This document shows, piece after piece, positions 9,801 through 18,300 of a DNA stretch of 64,000 nucleotides (its first letter is position 1; every line of letters begins with the position of its first letter). Where the stretch lies: assembly GCA_043775315.1 (NCBI GenBank), contig JAYVSO010000064.1, forward strand, positions 16,140 through 80,139, written 5' to 3'. Both the position numbers and the translations under genes were made by a program. Source of the stretch: Verrucomicrobiota bacterium. GTDB taxonomy: Bacteria; Verrucomicrobiota; Verrucomicrobiia; Limisphaerales; CANJSG01. Below the pieces are notes generated by a model. The model saw nothing but the letters and a program-made list of their open reading frames with translations, was not told the origin of the DNA and did not search any database.

Positions 9801-11016
9801 CGTGTTCCTCGATGCCGAACCGGGCCAGATCGATGCCTCGGAACTCCATGCCTCCTTCCGTCCAACCACCCCTGCGGGCACGCTCGGACTGGTCCAGATG
9901 ACTCCGTCTGGACTGCGGATCCTGGACTACATGCACTACACGCTCCCGGTCGTCACCCGTTCGTTCGGCGCCTATCCAGACGGGCGGGCAGCGGCACGGC
10001 GGCCTTTTTACCTGCCGACGCCGGGCGCTTCCAACAACCCCGCGCCGCCTCCGGTGTCGGTGGTCTTCAATGAATGGATGGCCGACAACACCGCCACGCT
10101 TCGTGATCCCGCCGACAACGACTACGAGGACTGGTTCGAGCTCTACAATCCGGCCGATGTCGCGGCGGATCTCGGCGGCTACTATTTGACCGACGTGCTC
10201 ACCAACAAAACGCAGTGGGCGATCCCGGCCGGGACGGTCATCCCCGCACGTGGTCGGATCCTCGTCTGGGCCGACGGTGAAGCGTCCCAGAACGGTCCGG
10301 GCCGCGACCTGCACACGAACTTCAAACTTGCCGCCAGCGGCGAAGCGCTTGGGCTTTTCACGCCGGACGGATCCCTCGTCGATGCCGTGACGTTCGGTCC
10401 CCAGTCGCCCGACGTCAGCGAGGGCCGCATCACGGATGGAGCCGCCGGGATCGTCTTCATGGCCCTGCCCACTCCGGGAGCGGCCAACTATGTTCCATCG
10501 CCAAACCGACCGCCGGTCCTGAATCCGATTTCGAATCGCGTCATCACAGGTGGCCGCGCGCTTTCGTTTTTCGCGGCTGCGACGGATCCCGATCTACCGG
10601 CCCAGAACCTGACCTTCAGTTTCGGGACCACGCCGCCGCCGGGTGCGACGATCGATCCGGGAACGGGCGAGTTCACTTGGGCGACACCGTGGGTGTCTTC
10701 GATGACGAACGTTCCCGTGCAGGTCATGGTGAGTGACAGTGGAAACCCGTCGATGAGCGCGACGAGGAACTTCAGCGTCGCACTGCAGCCCCGCCCGACC
10801 ATGGGCGGGTTGCGCGTGACGGGAGGGGAACTGGAGCTTTCGTTCGAATCGCAGGTCGGGTTCCGCTACCGCATTGAATACCAGACCTTCCTCGGACAGC
10901 CGCAGTGGATGCCACTCGGCTCCGACGTTCAGGCCACGGCCGCCCAGATATTCATCGGCGACCAAATCCGGTTCGATCTTACGTCCCGCTTCTACAGGGT
11001 GGTGCCGCTGGACTGA
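3802..11016 (+). CDS. giant secreted lamin-tail-domain / CotH kinase-like / PA14 / Ig-like multidomain protein
   Basis: Uninterrupted 7.2-kb ORF. Start ATG 3802 gives signal peptide MLFRLLVVVVLLSGCIPALA. PA14-like GTYTFWIAGDDQSALYLS..GKRYFIEAQQSEGGGGDHVSVRW; Ig-like PPVISVQPSNTTAVEGQRVTF..YLCAITNSLG. Six LTD-type repeats (LAISEIMYHP, ILINEFLAHT, LVLSEIMYDP, VVINEIQNNP, IWLNEFQPTN, VVFNEWMADN). CotH-like YLYKPLDQTWKLLLWDIDFAFG. C-terminal cadherin-like Ig. Confidence 0.85.
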   Translation: MLFRLLVVVVLLSGCIPALAADVPGALRQVYLLPNGGSSLAGLTNSPSFPSFPDTESIVTTLEGPENYADNYGQRIRALLIPPTNGTYTFWIAGDDQSALYLSTDDQPSNRCLIASVAAWTAFREWTKETNQQSAPITLEAGKRYFIEAQQSEGGGGDHVSVRWQIPGGIFEGPIPSSRLVVYGLGPPVISVQPSNTTAVEGQRVTFGVQLERMIGSGFQWFRGGALIPGATSNLLTLGPLSLADSNSVYLCAITNSLGGVVTTNATLKVLPDTTPPTLSAVSHLGDPNIILVQFSEAVDPVTAGQATNYLVSSGVVVTSVRVMPDGVSVSLITSGMTSGSTYNVTVRNVRDRAATPNTIGAGVQSGFVFNYTPLPIERIKGGREPIGPISRRTALAISEIMYHPAARTDGRNLEFIEIYNSQEWSEDLGGYRLSGDVGYVFPTNTVMPARGFLVVAAVPADLQAVAGVSTPHAFTGVLPNDRGTIRLRNNQDAVLVEVNYDSDPPWPLAADGGGHSLVAARPSYGSQDPRTWAASDRAGGSPGADEPVSTNSLAPILINEFLAHTDDPQLDFIELFNYGTNALNVAGCILTDDVSTNRFVIPAGTVIAARGFLKFDQNQLGFSLNAAGEDLFLFNSDRSRVLDSVRFKGQENGVSTGRYPDGAPEFSRLAAPTPAAANAAPRSRDLVLSEIMYDPISGDQSEEFIELQNRTGNTIDIAGWRISGGADFTFPAGAAVAPSGRVVVARDRTRLLTLYPLIQPTAAFGNLQGSLGNSGEQLVLTKPDTVVSTNGSGQPVTNQIHIAVDETTYSSGGRWPGRANGGGSSLEKIDLRADARRATSWAASDETARGSWVTIDRTATVVLAHGTPNSLQVILLGEGEALVDDVELLLNGTTQLVSNQTFTAGISGWFPQGNQEDSFWQVNGGTGDSGCLHMVATGRGDTGANRIRVPLASSLTNGAQLTFRAKVRWLKGMPEVLFRLRGTANEFPVSLLTTRSLGTPGLANTAAAPNAGPAIWDVTHSPVLPQAGQSVNVSARVQDPDGLSFLQLRYRRDPSSGYTNVLMSYAGAGFYVATLPAMPAGAVLAYYIEATDAATSPLSRTFPADVPMRECLVRWGETTNSTSFGQYRIWLTQQTVTRWSAREKLSNRPLDMTFVHGNSRVIYNAGAQYSGSPFHSPGYNSPIGNPSDYALSFNADDPLLDAGDVNVINAGNGCCDNTLQREHIAHWIAYRMGLPRLHSRHVRLFVNGVQRSDLMQDIQQPNRDYSDNWYPNGAGGNLHKIQLWFEMEDDASAFSARGASLGVFNGPDGKKNLAYYRFNWSGRAFGDTPNNYTNLFGLMDATATGAASDEYTRQIGGQVDADNWMGILAFQRVIDNADSWNYGGGQNMYLYKPLDQTWKLLLWDIDFAFGANSPSNSVFQFGDSQGARMANHPPFLRRYVRALRHAALDVLDPGILNPTIDARYSALTNGGANAASPQATKDYIQLRRASILGQLIPFDAPFAVTSQTSFTTNRNEIILSGTVPLSVAGITVNGIARPVSWTTASNWTVRVVLGPGLNTLQIAGVDDAGLPIVGASTSAQVTLTAAPELPEGRVVINEIQNNPLTPGTGFVELLNTSSTTSFDLTGWRFDGLGYTFPGGTVLGPGSFLTLVANRFAFGARFGQGTVFFDQFPGGLDDAGETIRLLRPQAGTTNELTVAELTYGSTSPWPNGAGATDSSLQLIDATKPLGHVGNWGSVSSPTNPPVRFFEFTNQWRFFQGASLDGVNWKDPSFSDAAWPSGPGLLYVEDAPLAFPKSTPLALGSTTYYFRTRFNYSGQGPVGALFANLMVDDGVVLYLNGQEIARIRMPAGTITNATLASANVADATLEGPISLPAGALVLGTNVLAAEVHQSGPGSSDIVFGMDLSTSASGLQPATPSAANSLRTVVQEFPTIWLNEFQPTNTTALRDRFNQSEPWVELINTGTNSVSLAGLFLTDNWTNLTRWAFPSNHTIAPGQLRLVFLDAEPGQIDASELHASFRPTTPAGTLGLVQMTPSGLRILDYMHYTLPVVTRSFGAYPDGRAAARRPFYLPTPGASNNPAPPPVSVVFNEWMADNTATLRDPADNDYEDWFELYNPADVAADLGGYYLTDVLTNKTQWAIPAGTVIPARGRILVWADGEASQNGPGRDLHTNFKLAASGEALGLFTPDGSLVDAVTFGPQSPDVSEGRITDGAAGIVFMALPTPGAANYVPSPNRPPVLNPISNRVITGGRALSFFAAATDPDLPAQNLTFSFGTTPPPGATIDPGTGEFTWATPWVSSMTNVPVQVMVSDSGNPSMSATRNFSVALQPRPTMGGLRVTGGELELSFESQVGFRYRIEYQTFLGQPQWMPLGSDVQATAAQIFIGDQIRFDLTSRFYRVVPLD

Positions 11017-11032
11017 GTGCGTTGGTTGCCCG

Positions 11033-12430
11033 TCAGATCCCGATTTGATCGGCGAGTTCCTCGGCCGGGTAGGTCCAGATCTCGGCCAGAGTGGGATGGT
11101 AGTGCGGCATGGCGGCCAGTTCGCGGACGTTCATCCGTTTGGCCATGGCCGCGACGATCTCATGGATCAGTTCGCCGGCCTGCGGTCCCGCGCAGCATCC
11201 ACCGAGGATTTCACCGGTGTCCGGTGCCGCGAGCAGTTTCACGAATCCGTGCTTCACCGCCATGATGATGGACTTGCCGTGGTCGTTGAACGGATAGCTC
11301 GCCGTCGCGACGGGAATGCCGCCCGCTCTCGCGCTTTTCTCGGTCAAGCCTACGGCGGCGATGCCCGGATCACTGAAGACCACGTTGATGAGCAGACGGT
11401 AGTCGATGCTACGCGGCTTGGCAGGATAGATGATGTTGTGGCCGATGATCTCTCCCTGTTGCACGGCGATGTGCACGATCTCAAACGGGCTGGCGCAGTC
11501 GCCGGCGGCGTAGATATGCGGGACCTCGGTCCTCATCTCCGAGTCGGTGCGGATCCGGCCATCGCCTTCAGTCGCGACGCCGATCGCCGGGAGGTTCAGG
11601 TTCCGCGTGTTGGGTGAACGCCCAAGCGTGAAGAGAACTTGGTCAGCGGCGACCGTTCGTTCGGCGCCATCGTGGGTCAGGGTGATCTCCTTTTGGCCGT
11701 TTGCGTTGATCCGGGCGCCGACCAGTTTGGTCCCCGTCAGCACCTGCATGCCTTCGTCGCGAAGCTGGGCGGTGACCGCCTCGGCGGCATCCGCGTCGCA
11801 GTCCTTCAGGATGTGGGAGCTGCGTTGGACCAGCGTGACCTCCACTCCGAGGCGCTGGAAGAACTGGGCGAACTCCACGGCGACCGCTCCGCCACCGAGA
11901 ACGACCAACGACTTCGGCAGTTCTTGCAGCGCTAGGGCGTCGTCACTGGTGAGATATCCGATCTCCTTCAACGTCGGCAGTGGTGGCTCCGAGACGACCG
12001 AGCCAGTCGCGATGACGAAATGGTCGGCGTGGACTCGACGGCCGTCTGAAAGTTCAACGGTGTGCGGATCGACAAACTTCGCCAGCGCACGGAACAGGGT
12101 GAACCGGTCGCTCGCGAGCTGCTTCTGGCGATACCCGGCGAACTCCTCGATCACCGCCGCTTTGCGCGCCATCACCGCCTTGAAGTCGAAGGCCGGTTTG
12201 TCGATGCGCAGTCCCCAGGTCGCGCCGTTCTGCGCGAGGTGCAGGACATCCGTCGCCCAGAGCAGGGCCTTGGTGGGCATGCAGCCGCGAAGGATGCAGA
12301 GCCCGCCCAGTTCCTTGGCGCCGTCGACGATCGCGACCCGTTTGCCGGCGGCGGCGCAGGTCCGGGCGGCGGCGTATCCGCCCGACCCGCCGCCGATCAC
12401 CGCCACGTCGAATTTCTGCGTCTCAGACAT
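11033..12430 (-). CDS. class I pyridine nucleotide-disulfide oxidoreductase (dihydrolipoyl dehydrogenase / glutathione-reductase family)
   Basis: Start trimmed to ATG at 12430 (MSETQKFDVAVIGGGSGGYAAA = FAD GxGxxG). Redox disulfide GGLCILRGCMPTK; second Rossmann VVLGGGAVAVEFAQ; C-terminal HYHPTLAEIW His-Glu dyad. The upstream 147 codons of the track ORF have no support. Confidence 0.85.
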   Translation of the reverse strand: MSETQKFDVAVIGGGSGGYAAARTCAAAGKRVAIVDGAKELGGLCILRGCMPTKALLWATDVLHLAQNGATWGLRIDKPAFDFKAVMARKAAVIEEFAGYRQKQLASDRFTLFRALAKFVDPHTVELSDGRRVHADHFVIATGSVVSEPPLPTLKEIGYLTSDDALALQELPKSLVVLGGGAVAVEFAQFFQRLGVEVTLVQRSSHILKDCDADAAEAVTAQLRDEGMQVLTGTKLVGARINANGQKEITLTHDGAERTVAADQVLFTLGRSPNTRNLNLPAIGVATEGDGRIRTDSEMRTEVPHIYAAGDCASPFEIVHIAVQQGEIIGHNIIYPAKPRSIDYRLLINVVFSDPGIAAVGLTEKSARAGGIPVATASYPFNDHGKSIIMAVKHGFVKLLAAPDTGEILGGCCAGPQAGELIHEIVAAMAKRMNVRELAAMPHYHPTLAEIWTYPAEELADQIGI

Positions 12431-12514
12431 GCGGCGACGTTCGCCGTGCTCCGGGCTCGGCGCAAGGCCCGCAGCGTTGACACCGTCCCGGTCGTCCTTA
12501 CAGCTTTCGACGAC

Positions 12515-12943
12515 ATGAGCAGTGAACTGATTTTCCCCCGCAGTCCGCGCGAAACGATGGATGGCTGGTCCTATCTTCCCCGTTACACCGACAAGGCGCG
12601 GCTGCATCTCGCCGGCAAACTTCATGCCGATTACCAGGCCAACTTCGGCAAGGGCTTCGACGGCTGGTGGCTGGAAGCGGCCGGTGTGAAGCACGAGGAC
12701 TTCGTCGAGGTCGTGCGGAACTCCGTGACCGATGGGCAGGTTTGCGACTGGGTCCGGCTCCATGTGAAGAAGTCGGATGCCGAGAAGAAGTCCCATGCCG
12801 AAAGGCTCCTGAATCATCCGCCGGCCAGTGCCACGGAGGCGTTCGCCCGGCTGAAGATGCGTATGGAACAATCAGGCCTGCAGCATCGCACCGACATCAC
12901 CACGTTCGTCGACTACATCGACGCCGACGAAAAGCGGATCTGA
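12515..12943 (+). CDS. DUF5069 domain-containing protein
   Basis: ATG 12515 (MSSELIFPRSPRETMDGWSYLPRYTDKARLHLAGKLHADY..TDGQVCDWV) resembles the DUF5069 pattern as I recall it. The longer track ORF from 12062 is antisense to the oxidoreductase gene. Confidence 0.5.
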   Translation: MSSELIFPRSPRETMDGWSYLPRYTDKARLHLAGKLHADYQANFGKGFDGWWLEAAGVKHEDFVEVVRNSVTDGQVCDWVRLHVKKSDAEKKSHAERLLNHPPASATEAFARLKMRMEQSGLQHRTDITTFVDYIDADEKRI

Positions 12944-13029
12944 GCGCCGGATTCGGTGGTGCGCCGCCGACGGGCCGGTTGGCCGGGTTTTCCTTGCCAT
13001 GGGACGATGGCAAGAATTGTCATCCTGCC

Positions 13030-13938
13030 ATGCCGGCCTCTGCCAGTTCGATGACTGAACCGGACTTCGTCTCGCGACAAGTCCGCGACGCTCGCCGCTA
13101 CTATCTGAACCTCGGGCCGGTGAGCGCCCGGACCGATCTGGTTCGTTGCGGCGGGTGCGAGCGCTGCGAACCGGACTACAGCGTCGAACGGCCCAAGGGA
13201 TTCCAGTTCCATTGCATCGAATTGGTCGCCCAGGGAGAGGGCTCCGTCCGGCTTGGCAAGACCGAGTTTCGGCTGCGCCCTGGTGTCGTGTTCGCCTACG
13301 GGCCGGGTATCCCGCATTGGATTCGAAGCGCTCCCAAGGCGCCGATGGTGAAGTATTACGTCAACTTCGACGGTCCGGTTGCGGAGAAGCTGTTGGCGCG
13401 GGGCCCGCTGGGAAACGGCAAGGCGGTGCAGGTGCCCGATCCACGGCAGGTCGTCGAGCTGTTCGAGCTCCTGCAACGGAACGGCTCCGGCGACAGTCCG
13501 CTTCGTCATGCCATCTGCGCGTCGCTGCTCGAATCGCTGCTTCTGACGATCGAGAGCCAGGCGATTCCCGTGGCGGATTTCGAGACCCGCGCCCTCGCCA
13601 CCTACCAGCGGGCGCGCGGTCATCTGGAGCAGAATTTTGCCCGGCTTCGCACGTTGGAGCAGGCCGCCGCCGAGACGCACATCAACGTCTCGTATCTGTG
13701 TCGCCTCTTCCAGCGGTTCGACCGCCAGAGCCCCTACCAATACATGACGCGGCTCAAGATGAACCACGCCGCCGAACTGCTCCTCGTCTCGGGAATGCTG
13801 GTCAAGCAGGTCGCCGAGGCGGTGGGTTTCGCCGATCCCTACCATTTCAGCCGCGCGTTCAAGTCGGCGGTCGGTCTTTCGCCGGAGAAATTCGCGAAAG
13901 GGGAGCGCGGCCGGGGCGCGGCTTCCGGCAGGAGTTGA
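13030..13938 (+). CDS. AraC family transcriptional regulator
   Basis: C-terminal double HTH HINVSYLCRLFQRFDRQSPYQYMTRLKMNHAAELLLVSGMLVKQVAEAVGFADPYHFSRAFKSAVGLSPEKF. Cupin-like N-terminal half. Start ATG 13030 or 13051. Confidence 0.85.
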   Translation: MPASASSMTEPDFVSRQVRDARRYYLNLGPVSARTDLVRCGGCERCEPDYSVERPKGFQFHCIELVAQGEGSVRLGKTEFRLRPGVVFAYGPGIPHWIRSAPKAPMVKYYVNFDGPVAEKLLARGPLGNGKAVQVPDPRQVVELFELLQRNGSGDSPLRHAICASLLESLLLTIESQAIPVADFETRALATYQRARGHLEQNFARLRTLEQAAAETHINVSYLCRLFQRFDRQSPYQYMTRLKMNHAAELLLVSGMLVKQVAEAVGFADPYHFSRAFKSAVGLSPEKFAKGERGRGAASGRS

Positions 13939-14034
13939 GTGGTCGATGGCTTTCGTGCCGGTCAAGAATACCCATCCCATGGTCAATCATACCTATTCGT
14001 GGTTTCAGCCCGCGTGTCTACAGTTTGTAAATCC

Positions 14035-15294
14035 ATGAGCAGCCCCTTGATCATCGGCCGGTTCTCCGTCGGCATTGGCGACCGCTTCGCCCATCAGGCC
14101 AAGGCCCAACTGCGCGCCTGCATCCTCGCCGCGGGGCAGGGTGCCGACATCGCGCCGGTTTGGAACAAGTCCAATCGCGAACACACGATCATCGGGTCGG
14201 AGCCTGTTTCGACGAGGACGGCAGCCGATGCGGCCGTGAAGGAGTTGGGATGGAAAGGCGCCTACTTCCTCGACGCCGACCACATCCGCCTGGAGACGGT
14301 CGAGCGGTTCCTGCCGCATTGTGAGTTCTACACCATCGACGTGGCGGACACGATTGGGAAGCCGGCCGCGCCCGAGGCGGTGAAGGCCTTCGTCGACCGG
14401 CATCCGGAACTCGTCGGACGCATCGTCATCCAGGACATCGCCCAGCCGTTCGTGACGACGCGGGAGGAGATCGAGCGGATCACCGCCAAGTTCCTCCTCG
14501 CCGTCCAGGATGCCGGGAAGATCTATCGGCACATTGCCAATGCGAAAGGCGCGGACTGGGTCATCACCGAGGTCTCGATGGACGAGACCGACAGCCCGCA
14601 GACGCCGCCCGAGTTGCTCGTCATCCTCGTGGCGCTGGCCGATGAGAAGGTGCCGGTGCAGACCCTCGCGCCGAAGTTCACCGGGCGTTTCAACAAGGGC
14701 GTCGACTACGTGGGCGACCTCGTCCAGTTCGAGAAGGAGTTCAACGAAGACCTCGCCGTCATGGCCCACGCGGTGAAGCGTTACGGACTGCCCACGAACC
14801 TGAAGCTCAGCGTCCATTCCGGCAGCGACAAGTTCTCGATCTACCCGATCATCCGCCGGGCTTTGGCGCGCTTCGGAGCCGGCCTGCACATCAAGACGGC
14901 CGGGACGACGTGGCTGGAGGAAGTGATCGGCTTGGCCGAAGCGGGAGGCGATGGATTGGAGCTGGCCAAGGAGATCTACGCGGCCGCGCTGGAGCACATC
15001 GACGAGCTCTGCGCGCCCTATGCCACGGTCATCGACATCGACCGCGCCAAGCTTCCGACCAAGGAAACCGTCGCTGGTTGGACTTCGGCGCAGTTCGTGG
15101 CCGCGCTCCGGCACGACCAGAAGAATCCCGCCTTTAACATGCACCTCCGGCAGTTGCTCCATGTCGGCTTCAAGATCGCGGCCAAGAAGGGCGATCGGTA
15201 TCTGAATGCCTTGAAGAAACACGAAGCCTTTGTGTCCAAGAACGTGACCGAAAACCTTTACGAGCGGCACTTGAAGCCGCTCTTCGTCGGCTGA
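14035..15294 (+). CDS. tagaturonate/fructuronate epimerase (UxaE)-like family protein
   Basis: ATG 14035. FSVGIGDRFAHQAKAQLRA..APVWNKSNREHTIIGSEP..GAYFLDADHIRLETV..FYTIDVADTIG resembles the 'tagaturonate epimerase family' N-terminal pattern as I recall it. Assignment is by memory only. Confidence 0.5.
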   Translation: MSSPLIIGRFSVGIGDRFAHQAKAQLRACILAAGQGADIAPVWNKSNREHTIIGSEPVSTRTAADAAVKELGWKGAYFLDADHIRLETVERFLPHCEFYTIDVADTIGKPAAPEAVKAFVDRHPELVGRIVIQDIAQPFVTTREEIERITAKFLLAVQDAGKIYRHIANAKGADWVITEVSMDETDSPQTPPELLVILVALADEKVPVQTLAPKFTGRFNKGVDYVGDLVQFEKEFNEDLAVMAHAVKRYGLPTNLKLSVHSGSDKFSIYPIIRRALARFGAGLHIKTAGTTWLEEVIGLAEAGGDGLELAKEIYAAALEHIDELCAPYATVIDIDRAKLPTKETVAGWTSAQFVAALRHDQKNPAFNMHLRQLLHVGFKIAAKKGDRYLNALKKHEAFVSKNVTENLYERHLKPLFVG

Positions 15295-15312
15295 CTTTAG
15301 ACCATCCATCCC

Positions 15313-18300
15313 ATGAAACTCCCAGCTCTCACACTTGTCTTCGCCCTCGCGTTCGCGACGGCGGCATCGGCGGCTGAAGTCAACCGCCGCTCCCATGCGT
15401 TTACCAACGAACCACCGGCCGCGGCGTCGGCCCGTCCGCAGAAGGTGGCCGCGCCCTCGGCCGGCGAGCGGGTTGTCTTCATCGGCAATGGCCTGGCGGA
15501 GCGCGACGTCTACTTCGGCCAGCTAGAGGCCGAGCTGCACCTGCGGTATCCCGCGCAGAAGTTGATTGTCCGCAACATGGGCCATGTGGGCGACACCCCC
15601 GGCTTCCGCCCGCATCCTTCCCGCGTGTCGCAATGGGCTTTTCCTGGCGCGGCCCAGTTCCATCCCGAGCTGGCCCAGCACAACGGCAAGGGCTTCTTCC
15701 CCACGCCCGACCAGTGGCTGACCCATCTCCAGGCCGACACCATCGTGGCCTTCTTCGGCTACAACGAATCCTTCGACGGCCCGGCCAAGGTGGCCAACTT
15801 CGAGGCCGAGCTGGAAGCCTTCGCCAAACACACGTTGTCCAAGGCCTATAACGGCCAGGCCGCGCCGCGTCTGGTGCTGGTTTCGCCCATCGCGTTCGAG
15901 AACCTCACGGCCACGCGCGACCTGCCGGACGGCAAGAAGGAGAACGCCAACCTCGCGCTCTACGCCAAAGCCGTCGGCAACGTGGCCAAGAAGAACGGCC
16001 TGGCTTTCGTCGACCTATTCACCGCGACCAAGGCGCGTTTCGCGAAGAAGGGACTGGCTCCGTTCACGATCAACGGATTCGCCCCAACGGAGACCGGTTA
16101 TCAGGAGCTGGCCGTCATCCTGGCCGACGGGGTCTTCGGCAGGCAGAAGCGCCAATCGCAGACCGATCCGGCCATGATGGTCGCCGCCGTGAAGGAGAAG
16201 GATTTTTTCTGGAACAACGACTACAACCTCGTGAACGGCGTCCACAACTACGGCCAGCGTTACGACCCCTTCGGCCCGCAGAACTACCCCGAGGAAATCC
16301 TGAAGACGCGCGAGATGATCGCGCTTCGTGACGGCCTCATCCACGGCGTGGCCCTCGGCCTGAAGAAGGAGATCGCCGTGGACGACTCGAAGACGAAGGA
16401 GCTGGCGACGGTGCCGTCCAACTTCAACCGGCCGGTCAGCTTCCTCGACGGCGAGCAGGCGATTGAAAAAATGACCGTGATGCCCGGCTACAAGGTCGAG
16501 CTCTTCGCCTCGGAGAAGGAGTTTCCCGACCTGAAGAAGCCCGTCCAGATGTCCTTCGACAACAAGGGACGGCTCTGGGTCTCGGTCACGCCCGCGTATC
16601 CGCACTTCAAGCCGGGCCAGTCCCGCCCCAACGACAAGATCCTCATTCTCGAGGACACCGACGGCGACGGCCGGGCCGACAAGCAGACCGTGTTCGCCGA
16701 CAAGCTGCACCTGCCCCTCGGCTTCGAGATCGCGCCCGAGGGCGTCTATGTCTCGCAGGAACCCAACCTCTGCCTGCTGGTGGACACCAACAAGGACGAC
16801 CGCGCCGACCGGATGGACATCCTGGTGCACGGCTTCGACACCCATGACACGCACCACGCCATCCATGCCTACAGCGCCGACGCCTCGGGGGCGTTCTACA
16901 TGGGCGAAGGCCGCTTCCTCCACAGCCAGGTGGAGACGCCCTACGGCCCGGTGCGCTGCAACGACGGCGGCTACTGGCGCTTCGATCCGAAACGCTTCCG
17001 TCTGGAACGCTACGCCCAGACCGACCTGAACAACCCCTGGGGCTTCGCCCTCGACGACTGGGAACAGAGCATCATCTCCGACGCCTCCAGCGGCGACAAC
17101 TGGTGGGGCCTGCCCGTCTCGGCCAAGATGCCCTACGGAGTCGAAATCGAGAAGGCCGGCCTCTATGTCCCCAAGCGGTCGCGCCCCACTTCCGGCTCGG
17201 AGTTTGTTTCGTCGCGCCATTTCCCCGACGAGGCTCAGGGGCTGTTCATGACCTGCAACAGCATCGGCTTCCTCGGCATCAACTTCAGCTCCGTGGCCGA
17301 TGATGGGTCCGGCTTCACCGGCAAGCTCGCCGGCGATCTCATCAGCTCCAGCGATCCCAACTTCCGCCCGGTCGATCTCGAATTCGCCCCGGACGGCTCG
17401 CTCTATTTCATCGACTGGCACAACCCCCTGATCGGCCACATGCAGCACAACGCGCGCGATCCGAACCGCGACGTGGAGCACGGCCGCATCTACCGCATCA
17501 CCTATCCCGGACGTCCATTGGTGAAACCCGCGAAGATCGAAGGCGCTTCCGTGGCCGGACTGCTGGAGAACCTCAAGCTGCCCGAATACCGCTCGCGCTA
17601 CCGCACCCGCCGCGAACTCCGCGGCCGTCCCGCCAGCGAAGTGATCCCCGCCCTGAAGGCCTGGGTCTCCAAGCTCGACAGGTCCGACCCGCGCTATGAG
17701 CACCACCTGTGCGAGGCGCTCTGGGCCACCTGGTCGCAGAACAGGCCGGACGGCGCTCTCATCCGGCAACTGCTCGGGGCCAGGGCCCGTGAAGCCCGCG
17801 CCGCCGCCGTCCATGTGCTGCGCTATTCCGCCCATCAGATCCCCGACGCCATGTCGCTCTTCATGCGCGCCGCCAACGACATCGATGGCCGCGTGCGCCT
17901 CGAAGCCATCGTGGCCGCGTCGTGGATGGACAATGCCGACGGCGCCAAGATCGTCCTCGAAGCCCTCAAGCATCCGCTCGACCGCTGGATGGGCCCGGTC
18001 ACCAAGCAGATTCTCCAGCACACCCTGAAGGACGACGTCGAGGCGCTGAAGGTCGCCGGCAAGCTCGACCTTGCGAACAACCCGAACGCCCGCGCCTATC
18101 TCGAAGGCAAATACAAGATCGGCTCCGCTCCGCCGCCGCCCGAGCTCCAGGTCTTCGGCCCGATCAGGCCGCTTCCGCCCGAGCAGCAGAAGTTCTACGA
18201 ACTCGGCCGCTCCGTCTTCAACCGCGACGCCCATTGCGCCACCTGCCACCAGCCGAACGGGCTTGGGATGAAGGACGTCTACCCGCCGCTGACCGCGAAG

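Noticed and set aside
6904-10314. Long minus-strand ORFs (6904-8994, 9019-10314, and others) inside the giant LTD/CotH gene
   Set aside because: They are antisense shadows of a continuous 7.2-kb plus-strand ORF with clear domain motifs. Their translated sequences are R/G/P/D-rich with no family resemblance.
12431-12871. N-terminal 147-codon extension of the oxidoreductase ORF (track ORF 11033-12871)
   Set aside because: The extension overlaps the DUF5069 gene in antisense and precedes the canonical FAD-binding N-terminus MSETQKFDVAVIGGGSGG. The start was trimmed to 12430.
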